Of a DNA stretch of 59,816 nt, positions 37,564 through 47,954 are shown one piece after another. The notes beneath the pieces were generated by a model. It was given only the letters and a program-made list of their open reading frames with translations, did no database searches and was not told the origin of the DNA. The translations under genes and the position numbers were made by a program. Positions within the stretch are counted from its first letter, which is position 1; every line of letters begins with the position of its first letter. Origin of the DNA: Octopus bimaculoides (taxonomy: Eukaryota); assembly GCF_001194135.2 (NCBI RefSeq), contig NC_068982.1, forward strand, positions 28,736,293-28,796,108, written 5' to 3'.

Positions 37564-37891
37564 AAGAACACCATGGTGCAACTTGCACGCAGAAGAAGAC
37601 CAGACACCATCAAGAAAAGTGTACTATACAAAACTAGTTTAAAAATCTAAAAAAAAAAAACAAAAGAGAATTTATAATACATGAAATCTATGAAATATTG
37701 GATTAAGAATTAAAATCGGTTACGTTTAAGAAACGAAAGTGAGAGAAAGACTACGCGCGTTTCATGGCCACATAACAGTGGGAAATATCTGGTCAATCTA
37801 CAGTGAATCGAACAAGATAGATACTACCCAATATGAGGACACTCTTCAGGTCCGGTAACTTCTTCGTGCGAGTTGCACCATGGTGGTTCTT
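37564..37891. mobile_element. ~330-bp element with ~35-40-bp TIRs
   Basis: aagaacaccatggtgcaacttgcacgcagaag vs cttcttcgtgcgagttgcaccatggtggttctt. Confidence 0.8.
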
Positions 37892-38101
37892 TACTCTTTT
37901 ACTCTTTTACTTGTTTCAGTCATTTGACTGCGGCCATGCTGGAGCACCGCCTTTAGTCGAGCAAATCGACCCCAGGACTTATTCTTTGTAAGCCTAGTAC
38001 TTATTCTATCGGACTCTTTTGCCGAACCGCTAAGTTACGGGGACGTAAACACACCAGCATCGGTTGTCAAGCGATGTTGGGGGAGAAACACAGACACACA
38101 A

Positions 38102-38134
<33 letters not shown>

Positions 38135-38165
38135 CATACATATATATGACGGGCTTCTTTCAGTA
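37892..38165 (-). mobile_element. SINE family A 3' half, well preserved
   Basis: Close reverse complement of 40640-40830; (ctttta)n tail; 5' part displaced by the family-B copy. Confidence 0.92.
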
Positions 38166-38199
38166 TCTATCTATCTACTAATCTATCTATCTATCTGTC

Positions 38200-38437
38200 T
38201 ATCTTATTTCTTTATTGCCCACAAGAGGCTAAACCTAGAAGTGACAAACAAGGACAGACAAATGGATCAAGTCGATTACATCGACTCCAGTGCGTGACTG
38301 GTACTTATTTAATCGGCCCCGAAAGGATGAAAGGCAAAGTCGACCTTGGCGGAATTTGAACTCAGAACGTAACGGCAAACGAAATACCGCTAAGCATTTC
38401 GCCCGGCGTGCTAACGATTCTGCCAGCTCGCCGCCTT
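38200..38437 (-). mobile_element. SINE family B, full length, Tx1-like tail
   Basis: Head ggcggcgagctggcagaatcgttagcacgccgggc; tail tttagcctcttgtgggcaataaagaaataag. Confidence 0.92.
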
Positions 38438-38532
38438 CAGCGAACGTCACATTAATACATTGCTTGTTTTACGTCCTCACGTTTGTTTGTTTGTTTGTTT
38501 GTTTTTCTTCTTTCTCTGTTTTTTCGAATTGG

Positions 38533-38534
<2 letters not shown>

Positions 38535-38624
<90 letters not shown>

Positions 38625-38757
38625 AAGTGTGTGTGTGTGCGTATATATGTGTGTATGTGTGTACGAGTGAGTGTGTATATGTGTGTGTGTACGTGTGTAA
38701 TCACTCGGATATTTTTATTAGTTTCACTTTCTATCATCGTCATCCATTCTCACTACC

Positions 38758-38798
<41 letters not shown>

Positions 38799-39060
38799 CC
38801 TTTCTCTCACTCTCTTTCTCTCTGTCTCTCCTTCCCACTTTCCATTTTTGTTTCTCCTTTAAGATTGACATACAGCTACCTAACCTCTATATCTTTCTTC
38901 CTGTATTTCTTTCTCTTCTGATACCCAATTTTTCACTTGTTTCATTTCTTTTTTCTTTCTCTCTTTCTCGCCCTCACTCGTTTCACTATACAACCATCTC
39001 CTCTCTTTCATTTTTGTTATCTCCCCGCTTCTTTTATCAATTTTCCTTGCCATTCATCTT
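38535..39060. repeat. (GT)n, (CT)n and pyrimidine-rich low-complexity tract
   Basis: Direct reading. Confidence 0.9.
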
Positions 39061-39729
39061 TACATATTCAGTTCTCTACACCCAAATATAGTGAGACGAA
39101 AAATTTCGGTTAACTGACAGTATCTATGCATTTAGTAGACGAAAGTTCCCTCTTGGAGTGACTTACTTGTGATTGTTTGTTTATGCTTTATTGCTGAGAG
39201 GTAGCATAGTATAGTATGATATACTATTTTCTATGTTATAATAGAGTATAACAATACGGTATATACTACACTGTAGTAATACAGCGTAGTATTATATGCT
39301 ATTATCTCTGTTTCTGTGATCGAATTCTACTTTGCCCACTGATAAAATTCATATCGGACATGTATGGCGAGGTTTGCATTGACTATAATCATGTGAAATA
39401 ATTATACTTCCTACATGTCTTTTTCTTCTACAAACACATTAGCTCTTTCAAAGTTTTCAATGTCCTGCATTCTTTAAATTCAATCCACCTCTTCATTTCA
39501 CAGTCGTTCTGTCTGCCTTCTGTCTCACAGTCAGACTGACCGTCTTCTTTCGCTTCCTCTCTTTCTATCTATCTCCTTTCTCTCGCCCTGTGTGTGTTGG
39601 TGGGTATGTGTGCAAAAATGTGAGAGAAAGAGAATGTGTGTGTGCATGCATATGTGCATACATATACACGTATGTCTTTTATGCATGTATATAGACAAAC
39701 ACAGGTATATCAAATGCCATACAACATAA

Positions 39730-40125
39730 ATTCTTGGAGTGTTGTGAAAGTGGGAGACTCAAGGAAACAGGACGAAGTACTGAAGACCGATTTCAAAACG
39801 CTTAGTCTTATAGGGGAGGCGACAACGGTCTGCGATATGTGACGCACTGATGTACTCAAAAAGACCCCCACACCATAATAGAATTGATATGCTAAAACTA
39901 ATGTGCTTGTGGCACCAGCATCGGTGTGGATACTGGTGCCACGGGAAAAGCACTGGTGCTGGTGCCATGCAAAAAACATTGGTGATGGTATCACATAAAA
40001 AAAACACCCAGTACACTCTGTATAGTGGTTGGTATTAGAAAAGGCAAGCAGCTATAGAAACCAAGTCCCTGTCAATCCGTCCGATCCATGCCAGCAAGGA
40101 AAACGGAGTTTAAATGTTGATGAAA
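39730..40125 (+). mobile_element. RTE LINE 3' fragment (ORF2 C-terminus and 3' UTR)
   Basis: DEVLKTDFKTLSLIGEATTVCDM*RTDVLKKT resembles RTE W.EVV..DL..LGL.....DR..WR; UTR has ctggtgcca repeats, gtggttggtattagaaaaggc and a catgccagca.ggaaaacgg tail. Confidence 0.7.
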
Positions 40126-40210
40126 TTATGATCTCTGTCTCTAGAGGATGTGTCATAAATATCAAATCGTAATTAAGACCAGCTCCATTTGAAAAGAGTG
40201 TCAGAATGAT

Positions 40211-40266
40211 GTGGACGCCTCTGATGAGAACCCAATACGGTTCGAAAATCGATTGCGGTTGTTCAC
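40211..40266 (+). ncRNA. Hammerhead ribozyme relic (Penelope-type), cleavage site mutated
   Basis: gtggacgcct-CTGATGA-gaacc caatac ggttc-GAAA-atcgatt-G-cggttgttcac: intact core, perfect 5-bp stem II, palindromic stem III aatcgatt, but position 17 is G. Confidence 0.6.
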
Positions 40267-40398
40267 CATTTTTACAGTCTGCAGAGAAATGGCTAAAAAA
40301 AAATTGCCCTTGTTTATAATTATACCATATGTTACTTATGTACATATACATATGTATACATTTCCGGCAATGGTTCTGACAAAGCCGTTATTAATTAT

Positions 40399-40550
40399 AG
40401 GCTGTGTGGTAAATAGCTTGCTTACCAACCGCATGGTTCCGGGTTCACTCCCACTGCATGGAACCTTGGGCAAGTGTCTTCTACTATAGCCTCGGCCCGA
40501 CCAAATCCTTGTGAGTGGATTTGGTAGACGGAAACTGAAAGAAGCCCGTC

Positions 40551-40590
<40 letters not shown>

Positions 40591-40838
40591 TCGTGTGTAT
40601 GTGCGCGCGCGCGCGTATGTGTTTGTGTATGTGTGCTTGTCCCTCCAACATCGCTTGACAACCGATGCTGGTGTGTTTACGTCCACGTAACTTAGCGTTC
40701 GGCAAAAGGGACCTATAGAATAAGTACTAGGCTTACAAAGAATAAGTCCTGGGATCGATTCGCACGACTAAAGGCAGTGTTCCAGCATGGCTGCAGTCAA
40801 ATGACTGAAACAAGTAAAAGAATAAAAGCGTAAAAGAA
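40399..40838 (+). mobile_element. SINE family A, full-length reference copy
   Basis: tRNA-like head with gggttcactccc B-box, MIR/CORE-like ccttgggcaagtgtctt, internal (TG)n/(CG)n, tail ccagcatggctgcagtcaaatgactgaaacaagtaaaag. Confidence 0.93.
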
Positions 40839-40844
40839 TTTGCT

Positions 40845-41362
40845 GAAGATTCAAGACTTCTCCAAATTCGATGTGACCTCAAGGAAAAGGGCAGGCTTAT
40901 TGAAAATGAGAGAACAATCATGGACATGTGTATGTTGTATGTATGCATGTATGTATGTATGTCGTTAAAAATATATATAGGGCAAAAAAGGCTGCGATTT
41001 AAGGACTGTGTCAAGTCCTCATTAAAGGCCTGTGATATGCAGGACACTGACTGAGAGAACAATGCCTGTCATCGCCACAGATGGAGGAAACAGGTTAAGG
41101 AGGGGATCGACACTTTTGAGAGAGCACGTATCCAGCATGAAGAACTTAAGCGAGCTGCGCGAAAACGCATGGCTCATATAGTGAATGGGGAAAGCTTAAT
41201 CTGCAATGTTTGCAGTCGTGTATGCTTGTCAAGAGCAGGGCTCATTAGCCACCAACGGAGCCGCAAATGCAAAATATAAGTTAGTCCTAGAGCGCACAAT
41301 GTTCCGGAAGGTCGGTAATGGTCTTCCTCGGTCACGAGTGGACGGCCATCATCATCATCATG
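40845..41362 (+). mobile_element. RTE (BovB-like) LINE 3' fragment with one zinc finger and (CAT)n tail
   Basis: From 40980: GQKRLRFKDCVKSSLKACD...*ENNACHRHRWRKQVKEG...ICNVCSRVCLSRAGLISHQRS, stop at 41277-79; EDSRL upstream; (CAT)n at 41347-41361. Confidence 0.88.
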
Positions 41363-41906
41363 TATATCGTTATTTAGTTTTATTTCAAGATTTCTGGCCA
41401 ATAGAGAAAGGGCCGGTTTCTAACCTACATCCAAGGCTGCTTCACTGGAATTTCAACAACAGGGTATGTATGTATGTATGTATGTATGTATGTGCGTACA
41501 TATGTTCGTTCTTGATATTATTTTTACAAAGTTCTTACCAATGGTGAAAGAGCCGGATTCTAGCCTAGAAACAAAATTCGCCGAGTAGCTACATAATCAT
41601 GGTTGGAACATTTTTGATCACCAGTTTTCTCGAACAGACTTGACTTCTTACTCAACAACTAGTCGAAAGGGAAGTGGGCGGATTTATGAAATAGCTGTTT
41701 CGTGAAGTCCCATGTTTTATGGGAAAGGAAAAGGGTACGGAAGTAGACAACTAAAAAATGTCAAAAACTGAATTTTTGAGTAAAAATAAGTAAATCTGAT
41801 TCGTAATTTCCGTTGTATAAAAAATAGATTTACGGCATATTTCGAATTGTAATGTTTATAAAATGGTAAATGGAGGATACCGAAATATTTCTATTTGTAC
41901 AAACAA

Positions 41907-41989
<83 letters not shown>

Positions 41990-42008
41990 TGTGTGTTTGT
42001 TGTGACTA

Positions 42009-42210
42009 TGTTTGTCCCCACCACCGCTTGATAACTGGTGTTGGCGTATTTACATCCCCGCAACTTAGCAGTTCGGCATAAGATACCGATAGTATAAGAA
42101 CCAATCTTAAATAACAGGTTCGTTAGACTAGAACTTTTCATGGTGGTGCCACAACATCGCCGCAGTTTATTGGCTGAAAGGAGAAAAAAAATATCGATAA
42201 AAGATAAAAG
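42009..42210 (+). mobile_element. SINE family A 3' half after (CA)n
   Basis: ccgcttgataactggtgttgg, cttagcagttcggc, ggtggtgccacaacatcgccgcagt. Confidence 0.75.
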
Positions 42211-42384
42211 GTCATGTTTCGTTCAAAGAAAAGTAATATATGGCAATGGATAGAAGCAACTGGAAGAATGACCGACCCAGAAGTCTTGCGATATATGTTC
42301 TGGCTCTTTTTATTCCAATCTCAGTTCAAATTCCATCGTAGTCTACATGGATAACAGAGTCAATCCGTGTTCCGTTATAAATCC

Positions 42385-43215
42385 GGATCTATTCCATCTC
42401 AATCACAGATTTTTTTAATTAATATTTTTTAACTAAACAGTTTGAAACTTCGAATACTGGTAGAATTTCTCACGTAGAACACGGTTTACTCTGAATGTTT
42501 TTGACAAAATTTCGTCACCACTCTGTTCAAAGAATCAACACCAAGAAGGAAGAAATCTTATTTATATATATTTGTTCGTTGCCCGCTATCTGTGTTTTAT
42601 TCACACATAAAGCGCGCCGGTGTTTAAAAGACCTATAGAGCAACGAGTCAACAGCTAACGTTTTTATTGTTGACGTATATGTAGTTTCAAAATGCCGTAT
42701 TTTACAACTATGAGATGTATTATTATTGTTATGATTTTATCTTACTATAATCAACAACAAACACATTTCATCAATATAAAAATCTTTATTAGATAAAAAA
42801 AAATAGCAAAATACGGTAATTGTAGTGGCAATGGCAAGTTCGCTCGCTAGTTGCTAGTTGATAGTGTAAAAGGGAGGGAAAGAGTAAGGAATGCACGGTG
42901 CTGACTAGAAAGGAAGAAAGGATAAAGGTGGCATCGCCAGAGTGGTGATATTTAGTAGAGATGACCCGGAAGTTGTTCCTTTTCGATTACTATCGCAAAC
43001 AGCAGTAGTTTTCTTCAACCGAATACACGTCGTTGATTGGTTGTAATTACCCAAATACGACAACTTTAACACGAAATAACTTCTAAAATACGAAATGTTG
43101 TCAAAAACGTTCAGAGTAAACTGTGTTCTACGTGAGAAATTCTACCAGAATTCGAAGTTTCAAACTGTTTAGTTAAAAAAAAAAATTTAATCTGTGATTG
43201 AGATGGAATAGATCC
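42385..43215. mobile_element. 830-bp MITE with ~128-bp TIRs and GGATC..GATCC ends
   Basis: 42385-42514 inverts onto 43090-43215; sub-terminal blocks shared with the 48428-48996 family; no clean TSD. Confidence 0.88.
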
Positions 43216-43577
43216 AAAACCCTCTAGCCATGGCACTCTCTTTCCTCCTGATTAAAAGTACAAAAGAAAAGAAAAGAAAAACGAACCGCATTGTAGGACC
43301 GAACACAAAACCACTTGAATGCGAGACGATCTTCTTTTAATGTCCTGTATGAATACGGTATTTCGTTATGCAACGATAATGTACTGCAGAGTATATTAAA
43401 CGTTATCATAAGTCAATACAGTGTACAACTTTTAGTTAGCCTATCGAAGTGTGTGTATATTAAATCTGTCTGTTTTCCTTGAAGTCTACATATATAAAAG
43501 TCAGGACAAATAACGTTAAACATTTCATAGGGGTTTGGTTATTTTACTGTCTTAATTGTATTCCTAACAAGTCTTTC

Positions 43578-43715
43578 TCGTTAGCATGCGGGATAATATG
43601 CTTAGCGCATGTTCAATTTCTGCCGAGGTCGACTTTATCTTCCATTCTTTCGTAGTCGATAAAAACCAGTACCAATTGAACACTGGAGTTGGTGCATTCA
43701 ACTAGCTCTCTCCCG
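43578..43715 (+). mobile_element. Degenerate SINE family B
   Basis: gccgaggtcgacttt, gtcgataaaaaccagtacca, cactggagt. Confidence 0.7.
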
Positions 43716-44454
43716 TTCTCTGCCCCTTAAATTTGTATGCACATGTATGTGCGTGTGCGTGTGCGTAGTGTGTGTGAGTGAGTGTTAGTTGAGATGGATG
43801 GATGAATGAATGTATGTGTGTGCTTTGATAATACACACATACATATATGTGTACGTGTGTATGCATGCGTGTGTATGTATGTATATATGTAGAGATAAAT
43901 GGATGAATGTGTATAAGTGTGTACGTTCATGATACACTTACAAACAAACATACATACATACATACATACACACACAAATATGTATGTATATATATATAGA
44001 TAGATAAATAGATAGATAGACGTAAAATGTATATCTATCTTCACGTGTGTGATGGTGAAATGTTTACCCACACCCACATCTCTGCTTCACACTGGCTGTC
44101 AATCGAGCTTTCACCTGTTTCCTATCTAAATATTGTTTATAACTAAATATTCCAGTAGAAGGATAAATAATTAAGTATTTCAACACAATCCGTATCCATC
44201 GAATTCCTTGGGTATGTTCCTCTTACTTATTTTTTTTCTTTCTTCTATTAATCCTTATACTTACAGCCCTAAGGCACAGTCACACACACATGCAAATACA
44301 TGAAATCCCCTCATAGCAAAAGAGACTATAGAATGTGGTCTTTCAAAAATTGTAATGGCAGTATCCGAACCGAGCGACAGACCTTCGGAAGGAAGCTAAT
44401 ATTAAATATACATATGAAATATGTGTGTGTGCGTGTGTACAACACACACACATG

Positions 44455-44485
<31 letters not shown>

Positions 44486-44814
44486 NNNNNNNNNNNNNNN
44501 NNNNNNNNNNNNNNNNNNNNNNNNNNNNNNNNNNNNNNNNNNNNNNNNNNNNNNNNNNNNNNNNNNNNNNNNNNNNNNNNNNNNNNNNNNNNNNNNNNNN
44601 NNNNNNNNNNNNNNNNNNNNNNNNNNNNNNNNNNNNNNNNNNNNNNNNNNNNNNNNNNNNNNNNNNNNNNNNNNNNNNNNNNNNNNNNNNNNNNNNNNNN
44701 NNNNNNNNNNNNNNNNNNNNNNNNNNNNNNNNNNNNNNNNNNNNNNNNNNNNNNNNNNNNNNNNNNNNNNNNNNNNNNNNNNNNNNNNNNNNNNNNNNNN
44801 NNNNNNNNNNNNNN

Positions 44815-44950
44815 TATTATTTTACTCTTTTTCTCATTTCAGTCATTTGACGGCGGCCATGCTGGAGCACCGCTTTGAAAAGTTTTAGTCGAACAAATCG
44901 ACTTCATGTCTTATTTTTTAAAGCATAGTACTTATTCTATCGGTTCGTTT
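44815..44950 (-). mobile_element. SINE family A tail
   Basis: ttcagtcatttgacggcggccatgctggagcaccgc...tagtacttattctatcgg. Confidence 0.85.
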
Positions 44951-45819
44951 TCGTTGTGGACATATATGTGTATGTGAATGTGTATGGTTATGTGTGTGTA
45001 TGTGTGTGCCTGTTTCCTCTCCTCCTCACGCACACTCTTTCTCTTACTCACCCTCTCTTTCACGCTCTCCCTTTCTTTCGCTCGCTCGCTCTCTCTCCCC
45101 CCCACACATACTCTTCCTCTATTTCTCCTTCTCACTCTTTCTCCCCCAACCCAATCCCATCTCCATAAATATAAATTCAGCATCTGTAGCCAAGGAACCT
45201 GACAGTCACAGAGCAAACTTGGAACAGACCTGGAGCAGAGAGGGGATGTCTTTGATGAAGTCTGTGTGTGTGTTGTGTTTGTGCTGTATGTATGTATGTA
45301 TGTGTGTGTGTGCGTGTAGTAAGTAATTTTAAAACATTAAAGACTTCAATATAAAAAAATAATCTTACGTCGAGCAACTTTATTCAAATGCTGGATTAAT
45401 CATCAGTTGTTTTACCGCAACAGGTAACGATATTAATACACCTTCATTGCCTAATGATCTGAAGAGCCGCTGAAACTGGCATTTGTGGAATAATACAGCA
45501 TTTGTATTGTGTGATTCAGTATGAGCAAACACACACACACACACACACACATTTTTTTCTCTCTCTCTCTCTCACTCTCTTACACACACACATGCACACA
45601 CAAATACCTGTACATACGCACACATACATCGTGAGAGGTGGTAGTTACACTTGACTTAATCATTGCACTTGTATTCTATTTTACCGATCCGTGACAAGTT
45701 GAAATGTAACGTTGACCTCTTTGGAATTGTGACTCAATAATTATTATAATTATTATGCATTCAGTCATAAGATTGTGTACAATATTTGTGTGCCTGTATG
45801 TATATGTATATATATATGA

Positions 45820-46188
45820 CCTTTTTTTGTGTGTACATTTTGTGACAGACCATGCCTTTCATTTGCTGGGCTCAAATCTCATTTGCAAACCCATGGAAGG
45901 CGAACCTCCACCAACTATTCCGCCTATATGTCTGTGCACACCTTTCAATGCAATGTATGCCAGAAGGTCTGCAAATCTAACGGAAGCCTCAAAAGATATT
46001 TTAAGATCCATAAAGAAAGATCAGAACTTAACAGCAGCTCTTAATGGTCCAAATTGCAAATGCAATCTATTGTAGGTGTCTTTTCAAAACATTGTCTCGT
46101 TTAAAAAGCCACATCAGATCCCATGATGGTGCTAAGGTGTAGGTACAAGAGGTGGTCAAATTCTGCATAAGGAGTAGACAACCACCAT
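45820..46188 (+). mobile_element. RTE-type LINE 3' end encoding three tandem C2H2 fingers (decayed)
   Basis: CTFCDRPCLSFAGLKSHLQTH; CNVCQKVCKSNGSLKRYFKIH; after frameshifts CNL/CRCLFKTLSRLKSHIRSH, stop at 46140-42; short tail then microsatellite. Confidence 0.65.
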
Positions 46189-46265
46189 ATATGCGTGTAT
46201 GTGTGTGTGTGTGTGTGTGTGCGTGCATGCATGTATCTGTGTGTGTGTGTATGTATGTATGTATT

Positions 46266-46298
<33 letters not shown>

Positions 46299-46364
46299 GT
46301 ATGTATGTTTGTATGTGTGTGTATATATGTATATATGAATATTCGTATGTATGTATGTATGTAT

Positions 46365-46517
46365 GTTGTTGTTGGCGCTCCGTCGCTTACGACGTCGAGG
46401 ATTCCAGTTGATCCGATCAACGGAACAGCCTGCTCGTGAAATTAACGTGCAAGTGGCTGAGCACTCCACAGACACGTGTACTCTTAACGTAGTTCTCGGA
46501 GATATTCAGCGTGACAC
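46365..46517 (-). mobile_element. SINE family C tail type 2, truncated by a gap
   Basis: Near-identical to 47571-47720. Confidence 0.9.
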
Positions 46518-47081
46518 NNNNNNNNNNNNNNNNNNNNNNNNNNNNNNNNNNNNNNNNNNNNNNNNNNNNNNNNNNNNNNNNNNNNNNNNNNNNNNNNNNN
46601 NNNNNNNNNNNNNNNNNNNNNNNNNNNNNNNNNNNNNNNNNNNNNNNNNNNNNNNNNNNNNNNNNNNNNNNNNNNNNNNNNNNNNNNNNNNNNNNNNNNN
46701 NNNNNNNNNNNNNNNNNNNNNNNNNNNNNNNNNNNNNNNNNNNNNNNNNNNNNNNNNNNNNNNNNNNNNNNNNNNNNNNNNNNNNNNNNNNNNNNNNNNN
46801 NNNNNNNNNNNNNNNNNNNNNNNNNNNNNNNNNNNNNNNNNNNNNNNNNNNNNNNNNNNNNNNNNNNNNNNNNNNNNNNNNNNNNNNNNNNNNNNNNNNN
46901 NNNNNNNNNNNNNNNNNNNNNNNNNNNNNNNNNNNNNNNNNNNNNNNNNNNNNNNNNNNNNNNNNNNNNNNNNNNNNNNNNNNNNNNNNNNNNNNNNNNN
47001 NNNNNNNNNNNNNNNNNNNNNNNNNNNNNNNNNNNNNNNNNNNNNNNNNNNNNNNNNNNNNNNNNNNNNNNNNNNNNNNNN

Positions 47082-47167
47082 TGGTACTTATTCAATCGGT
47101 CAGTTTTGACAAACTGCTACGCTACGGAGACCTAAAAATACACCAACAATTGTTGTCAAGACCACCC

Positions 47168-47221
<54 letters not shown>

Positions 47222-47385
47222 ATGTATATACGACGAGCTTCTTTCAGATTTTCTCTATCAAATCCGCTCACAAGGCTTTGGTCAGCCAAAAGCTACAGTA
47301 AAAGACACTTGCTCAAGGTGCCATACAGTGGAATTGAACCCAAAATCATTGATTGTGAAGCAAGCTTCTTACCACACAGCCACAG
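47082..47385 (-). mobile_element. SINE family A with internal (TA)n
   Basis: acaaggctttggtcagcc, gacacttgctcaaggtgcca, cttaccacacagcc. Confidence 0.85.
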
Positions 47386-47570
47386 TTACATTATCCATTA
47401 GGCATCTTACTTTTCTATAAGGGCGGTAGCTTCTGATTTGAGGGTAATTTCGTTACCATTTCCAGCAGATAGGACGATCTGATACGAGTATCTTTTTAAG
47501 TGAATGAGTAATATGCGGATGTCGGTGTGAAACACTAGATAATAATAATAATAATAATAATAATAATATT

Positions 47571-47954
47571 GTTGTTGGCACTCCGTCGCTTACGACGTCG
47601 AGGGTTCCAGTTGATTCGATCAACGGAACAGCCTGCTCGTGAAATTAACGTGCAAGTCGCTGAGCATTCTGCAGACACGCGTACCCTTAACGTAGTTCTC
47701 GGGGATATTCAGCGCGACACAGTGTGACAAGGCTGGTCCTTTGAATTACAGGCACAACAGAAACAGGAAGTAAGAGTGAGAGAAAGTTGTGGTGAAAGAG
47801 TACAGCAGGGTTCACCACCATCCCTTGCCGGAGCTTCGTGGTGCTTTAGGAGTTTTCGCTCAATAAACACCCACAACGCCCGGTCTGGGAATCGAAACCG
47901 CGATCCTATGACCGCGAGTCCGCTGCCCTAACCACTGGGCCATTGCGCCTTCAC
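47571..47954 (-). mobile_element. SINE family C tail type 2, full length, 13-bp TSD inside (AAT)n
   Basis: Head gtgaaggcgcaatggcccagtggttagggcagcggactcgcggtc; tail gtcgtaagcgacggagtgccaacaac; TSD taataataatatt at 47558-47570 and 47955-47967. Confidence 0.93.
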
